From: Escherichia coli
GTDB taxonomy: Bacteria; Pseudomonadota; Gammaproteobacteria; Enterobacterales; Enterobacteriaceae
Assembly (NCBI RefSeq): GCF_003019035.1
Contig: NZ_CP027447.1
Reading direction: 5' to 3' (one strand)
DNA: 64,000 bases
The position numbers and the translations under genes are program-made. This document shows positions 55,534 through 64,000 of this stretch, piece by piece; the stretch's first letter is position 1; the number at the start of each line of letters is the position of its first letter. Below the pieces are notes generated by a model. It made no database searches. It had not been told where the DNA came from and saw nothing but the letters and a program-made list of their open reading frames with translations.

Positions 55534-55861
55534 TTCATTTCGATTATTTTTCCCGGATGGAAAATTCTTAGAAACCGATCACATACAGCTGCATTTATTA
55601 AGGTTATCATCCGTTTCGCTGAAAAACATAACCCATAAAATGCTAGCTGTACCAGGAACCACCTCCTTAGCCTGTGTAATCTCCCTTACACGGGCTTATT
55701 TTTTATACATAAGCCGTATCCTGGTAACCGTCTTCCATTGACCACATCGATAGAATCTCCCCTCATAGCACGATGCCTTTCACTTATTGGCATCGTGCTC
55801 GCACAGGTTCCGGTTACGCACAGCCAGAACGCGCATGTTTGACGCTTACCAAAAAATATTC

Positions 55862-56179
55862 TCACTCTCCACATTTGAATGTCAGACGAGCGACGCCATG
55901 TAATCCTGCACCTTCTGTCTTCAGGTCAACTATCTGCATTTTTTTTCCCTGAGTAACACAGAAATGAACTGCATCATTTTTTACTATATTTTCTGCACCA
56001 GATATTCTACCCCTGGCTAAAGAAGCTTCGGCTTCGGTGTAGTATTGGTTATCGAGTTTACGCTGGATATTACTTTTATAGGCAAGACCGAATTTACCGA
56101 TACTTGTCTCATCATTATGCACAGCACAACCAGACATAAGAAAAACACTAATTAATGATATAGCAGCTATCTTTTTCAT
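55862..56179 (-). CDS. yegR: Lipoprotein YegR
   Basis: Start at MKKIAAISLISVFLMSGC (lipobox); ORF-track 20-codon extension rejected. Confidence 0.85.
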   Translation of the reverse strand: MKKIAAISLISVFLMSGCAVHNDETSIGKFGLAYKSNIQRKLDNQYYTEAEASLARGRISGAENIVKNDAVHFCVTQGKKMQIVDLKTEGAGLHGVARLTFKCGE

Positions 56180-56593
56180 CTTACCTTCCCCCATTAAATA
56201 CCAACGACACGCTCTGGTGTTTAAATATAATAATGGCATGATTATTATATTTGAATAGGATTATAATAAATGTTCTGTACAACATTTCCTACATAAGTAG
56301 GAATTACATACACGGATGCCCTTCCGGGTAACCCCATGGGGGGGTTAATATATTTTTAATAGTATATTGAAGATGCCACTGTTTAGTTGAATATTAGGTA
56401 TATGCTCTTTTTTGAAATTTATCGGTGGCTGCCGTTAGTATTCGCTGTCCCCATTGCAAGCTCCTGGTGGTAACCACTGAATCTTCCATACTTGAACTGA
56501 CTTTTTATCCTCCGACTTTCATCCTGTTCTGACTCTACCTTTTCTTTTCTGCTCTACACTATCTACAGACCAATCATAAAGGCACATACGATC

Positions 56594-57493
56594 ATGGCAG
56601 AATTTCCCGCCAGCTTACTGATTCTTAATGGCAAAAGTACTGACAATCTACCCCTGCGCGAAGCAATTATGCTGTTGCGTGAGGAAGGAATGACGATCCA
56701 TGTGCGGGTCACCTGGGAGAAAGGCGATGCCGCACGATATGTAGAGGAGGCCCGGAAGTTGGGCGTCGCAACGGTGATTGCCGGTGGTGGCGATGGCACC
56801 ATTAATGAAGTTTCTACGGCGTTGATTCAGTGTGAGGGGGATGACATACCCGCGCTGGGAATTTTGCCATTAGGAACCGCCAATGATTTTGCCACCAGTG
56901 TAGGGATTCCTGAGGCACTGGATAAGGCGCTGAAACTGGCAATTGCCGGTAACGCCATTGCGATAGATATAGCGCAGGTCAACAAACAAACCTGTTTTAT
57001 TAATATGGCGACAGGCGGATTTGGGACGCGTATTACCACAGAAACGCCGGAAAAATTAAAAGCCGCGCTGGGTGGCGTCTCTTACATCATTCATGGCTTA
57101 ATGCGCATGGATACTCTGCAACCGGACCGTTGTGAAATCCGCGGTGAAAACTTTCACTGGCAAGGTGACGCCCTGGTCATTGGTATTGGTAACGGGCGTC
57201 AGGCTGGTGGCGGTCAGCAATTGTGCCCGAACGCGTTAATTAACGATGGCTTGCTGCAACTGCGCATTTTTACCGGCGATGAAATTCTTCCGGCTCTCGT
57301 ATCAACCTTAAAATCTGACGAAGATAACCCGAATATTATCGAAGGCGCTTCGTCGTGGTTTGATATACAAGCCCCACACGAAATCACTTTTAATCTTGAT
57401 GGCGAACCGTTGAGTGGGCAAAACTTCCATATTGAAATACTTCCGGCGGCGTTGCGTTGTCGATTACCACCAGATTGTCCATTATTGCGTTAA
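56594..57493 (+). CDS. yegS: Lipid kinase YegS (DAGK-like catalytic domain)
   Basis: 299-aa [21 protein letters not shown]…[13 protein letters not shown]. Confidence 0.93.
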   Translation: MAEFPASLLILNGKSTDNLPLREAIMLLREEGMTIHVRVTWEKGDAARYVEEARKLGVATVIAGGGDGTINEVSTALIQCEGDDIPALGILPLGTANDFATSVGIPEALDKALKLAIAGNAIAIDIAQVNKQTCFINMATGGFGTRITTETPEKLKAALGGVSYIIHGLMRMDTLQPDRCEIRGENFHWQGDALVIGIGNGRQAGGGQQLCPNALINDGLLQLRIFTGDEILPALVSTLKSDEDNPNIIEGASSWFDIQAPHEITFNLDGEPLSGQNFHIEILPAALRCRLPPDCPLLR

Positions 57494-57531
57494 TCAAACT
57501 ATTCTCTGTTGAACCAGGGAGAATCCGTAAT

Positions 57532-57565
57532 GCCGGATGCGGTGTAAACACCTTATCCGGCATAC
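57532..57565. repeat. REP element between convergent yegS and gatR
   Basis: gccggatgcggtgtaaacaccttatccggcatac. Confidence 0.8.
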
Positions 57566-57574
57566 AGAACAATA

Positions 57575-58354
57575 CTACACCGTAATTAATTTTACCCGTG
57601 TCTTCTGCAATGCCAGTTTATCCACCTCAGACACAGCATCATCGGTAATAATAATGTCAATTTTTTCGATTGGCAGTACCTGATTAAAACCGCGACGATT
57701 AAATTTCGATGAATCGAGAACGGCAATCACTTTATTTGCGGCTGTGACCATCGCCCCGCTAATCGAATAGCCTTCATTAAAGGTCGTAATACCATTAACC
57801 GCATCAATACCATCAGCACCGACAAACATTAAATCGGCATTAATATCCTGCAATGAACGCTCAGCAATGGAGCCATGCATCGAGCGCGTTTTATGGCGGA
57901 CCGTGCCACCGCAGACGACCAGAGTAATGTCTTTATTTTCGGAAAGGGCAAATGCTGCCGGGAGACTGTTGGTAATCACCGTGATATTTTTGGCGGTCAT
58001 TAATCCTTCGGCGATAAGCATTGTCGTACTTCCGCTGTCGAGAATAACGGTCATCCCTTCGTGGATCATTTTGACTGCCGCCTGCGCTATTCTGTTTTTT
58101 GGCGCGCTGGCGAGCTGAAATCGCTCTTTAAACCCGACTTCCTGGGTCTCGGTTTCACTATTACCGGACATTATTTTCGCCGCACCGCCATGAAAGCGCG
58201 TAACCACGCCTTTTTGTTCGAGAAAGCGCAAATCGGCACGGATTGTCGCTTCCGAGGCAGCAAATACTCCCGCCAGATCCTGAACAAGCACGGTTCCCTG
58301 TTCATTCACTAATTGGATGATCTTATTCCTTCGCTCGAATGAATTCATCGTCAT
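57575..58354 (-). CDS. gatR: DeoR-family repressor of the galactitol operon, GatR (uninterrupted); start may be the Met at 58348
   Basis: 259-aa continuous ORF with N-terminal HTH (…NKIIQLVNEQGTVLVQDLAGVFAASEATIRADL…) and DeoR C-terminal sugar-binding domain. Confidence 0.9.
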   Translation of the reverse strand: MTMNSFERRNKIIQLVNEQGTVLVQDLAGVFAASEATIRADLRFLEQKGVVTRFHGGAAKIMSGNSETETQEVGFKERFQLASAPKNRIAQAAVKMIHEGMTVILDSGSTTMLIAEGLMTAKNITVITNSLPAAFALSENKDITLVVCGGTVRHKTRSMHGSIAERSLQDINADLMFVGADGIDAVNGITTFNEGYSISGAMVTAANKVIAVLDSSKFNRRGFNQVLPIEKIDIIITDDAVSEVDKLALQKTRVKLITV

Positions 58355-58453
58355 TTACCCATATTCAATTGTGGCTAGTGTAAACGAAGGGGGACCATTG
58401 GTGAATGATCTGTTTTGCACAATACCGGGCCAGCATCACGCTGGCCCGCGGTT

Positions 58454-59494
58454 TCAGGGAATGAGCAACACTTTGCCCGGCATAGCATTACGAGCGATGT
58501 CACGCACCGCCTGGGCGAAGCTTTCAAAGCTTCCACGGTGAGCGATTAATGGCTCCAGGCTTAACTTACGTTCTGTCAGCAACCGGCTCGCCGTTTCCCA
58601 CTCCTGCCCCGGCCAAGGGCTGGAGTAGTTCATCCAACTGCCAATCACCGTCAGCTCTTTACGCAATATTTTGCCAAACGTTGCCGATGTTAAATGCAGA
58701 TCCTGATGCAACGTGCCCACCAGCGCCAGTTGGGCATGAGGACCGGCAATCTCTACCGCCAGTTCGACGGTTTGCGGGACGCCAGCCGTCTCGAGGATAA
58801 GCTGATTAAAGCGCAGCTCGCGTAAAACGCCCTGTATTTGCGGCGCGCTCATTTCACGGCTGTTAAATGTTTGCATCGCACCGAAAGATTTTGCCAGTGC
58901 CAGTTTTTCTGAGCTAATGTCGATAGCCGTCACACTCTTTGCTCCCAGCGCGACAGCGCACTGAATTGCCAGCAGGCCAATGGTTCCGGCACCAATAATA
59001 ATAACGTTTTTATTCTCACATCCTTGCGCTAAATGGAACGCATGCAGGCCAACGGTAATCGGTTCAATAAAAGCGCCATCCTCAATAGGCATATCCGCAG
59101 GTAGTGCAAAGACATTGTTTCGCTTAACGACAATATATTCGGCAAATCCACCATCACGCCGTGAGCCAATAAAATCATATTTTGCGCACTGGGAATAAAA
59201 CCCTTTCAGACACTCTGGACAAGTAAAACAGGGTAATAACGGCACACAGGCAACCGCATCGCCGGGATGTAAATCATCAATACCGGATCCCACCGCATCA
59301 ATATAGCCGCTAAATTCATGGCCTAACGTTATTGGATAATAATGTGCACCATTTTTAAATATCCTGGGTAAATCGGAACCACATAAGCCCGAGCTGGCAA
59401 TTTTTACCCGCACCTCATCCTGATGTTTAATTTCAGGAATGACGCTTTCTGCTACGCGCACGATACCATCAGTATCATTCACCACTGATTTCAT
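58454..59494 (-). CDS. gatD: Galactitol-1-phosphate 5-dehydrogenase (Zn-dependent MDR family)
   Basis: 346-aa ORF with Zn-ADH motifs (GHEFSG, CxxCxxC). Confidence 0.95.
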   Translation of the reverse strand: MKSVVNDTDGIVRVAESVIPEIKHQDEVRVKIASSGLCGSDLPRIFKNGAHYYPITLGHEFSGYIDAVGSGIDDLHPGDAVACVPLLPCFTCPECLKGFYSQCAKYDFIGSRRDGGFAEYIVVKRNNVFALPADMPIEDGAFIEPITVGLHAFHLAQGCENKNVIIIGAGTIGLLAIQCAVALGAKSVTAIDISSEKLALAKSFGAMQTFNSREMSAPQIQGVLRELRFNQLILETAGVPQTVELAVEIAGPHAQLALVGTLHQDLHLTSATFGKILRKELTVIGSWMNYSSPWPGQEWETASRLLTERKLSLEPLIAHRGSFESFAQAVRDIARNAMPGKVLLIP

Positions 59495-59540
59495 AAAAAC
59501 TCCTGATTGTTAAGGGGATAACCTCCCCCTCAGGTAAAAA

Positions 59541-60896
59541 TTATTCTGCGAGAACGGCTTTCTCTTGTTTAATAAAACCACGCGCTCTACGCCAGGTCAT
59601 GAAAATACCGGTCAGATAAATTGCGCCGATAATAATGAAACCGGGAATATTTTGCGGGGAGAAAACCTGAATCAGTAACCAGGTAATGGGAGAACCGCCC
59701 TGATCCATTGAAGCCACCATACCCCCGGCTTTTAACGCGCCCGCATTAGCCGCCAGTTGGGTGTGCAAACCAATAGTTTGCGTCGCGATCCACAGGGTGA
59801 TGCTCATAATGATGACACCCGAGATTAAGGTGCGGAACAGATTTCCACGATGCACCGCGACCGCCATCGCCACAAAGAAGCCGATGGTGGCAAGGTCGCC
59901 AAACGGCAGCACCTGATTACCCGGCACACAAACAGCAATTAAAATGGTGAGCGGGATAAAAATCAGGCTTGCCGATACCACCGCCGTATGCCCCAGCAGT
60001 AATGCGGGATCCAGGCCAATCAGGAACTCCTGACCGCCGAACTTCGCCTGTAAACGACTACGGGCCTGCTTAGCGATGGGCGTTAAACCATCCATGATGG
60101 GTTTAATCACCCGTGGCATCAGCAGCATAACCGCCGCCGTTTTTACCGCCAGCTGCAATACACCTTTGACATCGTAACCCGCGAGGATGCCGATAATCAG
60201 CCCCATCACAAAACCCACGGTGACAGGCTCGCCAAACGGACCAAATTTGCGCTGAATATCGTCGGCACTAAATTTAATTCGGTTAACGCCTGGGATTTTC
60301 TCGATGATAGCATCCACCAGCACCGCAATTGGCCCCATATACGCCGACGTACCGTGCGGGATGGCAATGCCTTCCAGCTCAAAGAAATTTCGGGTATCGC
60401 GGGCAAACCAGTCGCCGAGCTTATAAACAAACGCCGCGTGAATTACCACACCCGCCATCCCTATCATCCATGAACCGGTTGCCAGATGCAGCAACGCGCC
60501 GGTGAAGGTCATATGCCAGATATTCCAGATATCAACATTTACCACCCGCGTCATACGGGTCAGTAACATCGCCACGTTAACCAGAATCGCAATCGGAATC
60601 GCCACCAGCGCAATTTGCGACGCCCAGGTCATGGGTGAAGAGCCCGGCCAGCCGACATCGACCACATGCAGATTCAGGTCGAAATTTTCCGCCATCGCTT
60701 TCGCCGCCGGACCAATGGAATCCAGCATTAAGCCAATCACAAGGCCAATGCCAACAAAGCCAATCCCGATATGCAGACCCGCTTTAAAGCAATCGCCTGC
60801 CTTCATGCCTAATATTTTAGAAAAAATAATGATGACAATCGGCAGCATCACCGTAGGGCCGAGGTCGAGAATATAACGCATGACTTCTGAAAACAT
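59541..60896 (-). CDS. gatC: PTS galactitol-specific EIIC
   Basis: 451-aa polytopic membrane ORF. Confidence 0.95.
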   Translation of the reverse strand: MFSEVMRYILDLGPTVMLPIVIIIFSKILGMKAGDCFKAGLHIGIGFVGIGLVIGLMLDSIGPAAKAMAENFDLNLHVVDVGWPGSSPMTWASQIALVAIPIAILVNVAMLLTRMTRVVNVDIWNIWHMTFTGALLHLATGSWMIGMAGVVIHAAFVYKLGDWFARDTRNFFELEGIAIPHGTSAYMGPIAVLVDAIIEKIPGVNRIKFSADDIQRKFGPFGEPVTVGFVMGLIIGILAGYDVKGVLQLAVKTAAVMLLMPRVIKPIMDGLTPIAKQARSRLQAKFGGQEFLIGLDPALLLGHTAVVSASLIFIPLTILIAVCVPGNQVLPFGDLATIGFFVAMAVAVHRGNLFRTLISGVIIMSITLWIATQTIGLHTQLAANAGALKAGGMVASMDQGGSPITWLLIQVFSPQNIPGFIIIGAIYLTGIFMTWRRARGFIKQEKAVLAE

Positions 60897-60899
60897 AGG

Positions 60900-61184
60900 T
60901 CACCCCTGTAAGATAGTCAGAATTTTATTTTGTAATGCTTCGATACCGACACCAGAAACAAAAGGCATGCCGTGAACTAACGGAATATCGCCAAAACTAC
61001 GATCCACCCTGGCCGTGGTGCATATCAAATGCACGCCATCCATATAGGTTTCTATTTCATTAACCCGACACTGGATTAATTCAACAGGAATATTATGACT
61101 CTGACACAACTCTTTAATTTCTTCCGCCGCCATCGTGGAGGTCGCAACCGCGCCTCCGCAAGCGACAATAATCTTGCGTTTCAT
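60900..61184 (-). CDS. gatB: PTS galactitol-specific EIIB
   Basis: 94-aa [26 protein letters not shown]… (active Cys). Confidence 0.95.
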
Positions 61185-61214
61185 AAACAGTCCTTTTTAT
61201 TGTTACAGAGGGAT

Positions 61215-61667
61215 TTATTCGTCTGAATCTAAAACATACTTTGTGAAGTATTCCTTTAACTGAGTTTCAGGAAGAGTAATTAGTGTCTCGACGATATCGG
61301 GCTGTTGTAACTTGCCAAATAAACAGCGTAAAAGTTTCAATTGCTGCTGCGGATTTTCCACAATCAACGCAATAACCAACGATACCGCCACGTCGTTATC
61401 ATCATCCGCTTGCTGAAAATGAACTTTATTTGTTGGCCTTAACAGATAAATGGCTGACGACTTAGCATGAATCGCCTCACAATGCGGTATTGCAATGGCG
61501 TGCTGCTCAAGCATTATCCCGGTAGGGAATTCTGCTTCTCTGGCAATTAATGCCTGTGGCCAGGTATCATGAACCACACCTTTCGCGAGCATCTCATTAC
61601 CGATATGGGCTAAAACTTCGCTACGATCGACAAAAGAAATTCCGCTACGAACAAACAGGTTAGTCAT
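61215..61667 (-). CDS. gatA: PTS galactitol-specific EIIA
   Basis: 150-aa ORF with EIIA His region (…AIPHCEAIH…). Confidence 0.95.
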   Translation of the reverse strand: MTNLFVRSGISFVDRSEVLAHIGNEMLAKGVVHDTWPQALIAREAEFPTGIMLEQHAIAIPHCEAIHAKSSAIYLLRPTNKVHFQQADDDNDVAVSLVIALIVENPQQQLKLLRCLFGKLQQPDIVETLITLPETQLKEYFTKYVLDSDE

Positions 61668-61676
61668 ATACCGTCC

Positions 61677-63876
<2,200 letters not shown>

Positions 63877-63936
63877 TCAAATGTCGAGATAACGATCACA
63901 AAAACGACAATGTGAAAATTAATCAGAATTACAGGC

Positions 63937-63966
63937 AAAAAAAACGGCCTCCCGTTAGGGAAGCCG
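63937..63966 (-). terminator. Rho-independent terminator for a minus-strand gene lying beyond the window end (fbaB in K-12 order)
   Basis: On the minus strand a hairpin (cggcttccc…gggaggccg, one G·U pair) is followed by T8. Confidence 0.5.
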
Positions 63967-64000
63967 TAGCAAAGTGCGCGTGTTTTTATGCCGGATGCAA

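Noticed and set aside
55686-55874. 62-aa minus-strand ORF between yegQ and yegR
   Set aside because: Overlaps the yegR 3' end, has no RBS, and did not resemble the phage Ogr zinc-finger protein I was looking for at this site.
57575-58454. Searched for IS-element insertion in or near gatR
   Set aside because: gatR is a single continuous ORF and there is no transposase-like ORF or inverted repeats here.

Overview
This window is an Escherichia coli-type chromosomal segment in the same gene order as the K-12 rfb–cps–gat region, recognised from the protein translations (no database search was possible). It runs from the 5' end of rmlB (O-antigen cluster) and galF through the complete colanic-acid cluster (wza–wcaM, minus strand), then yegH, asmA-dcd-udk, dgcE, alkA, yegD, the yegI-yegJ-yegK-yegL kinase/phosphatase/vWA module, an ibs/sib type I toxin–antitoxin repeat array, mdtABCD-baeSR, yegP, yegQ, yegR, yegS and gatR/gatYZABCD. 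I did not find a clearly undescribed system. The strongest candidates for a second look are: (1) the yegIJKL module, which has the architecture of a TerY-P-like vWA/PP2C/Ser-Thr-kinase triad; (2) a HigB/Gp49-like toxin with an XRE antitoxin between yegH and asmA; (3) a parDE pair between yegP and yegQ; (4) three tandem ibs/sib copies where I recall K-12 having two. By recollection of K-12, this strain also lacks the P2 remnant between yegQ and yegR and has an uninterrupted gatR. Most coordinates are from the ORF track with start codons re-chosen by eye; Sib RNA ends and regulatory sites are approximate.
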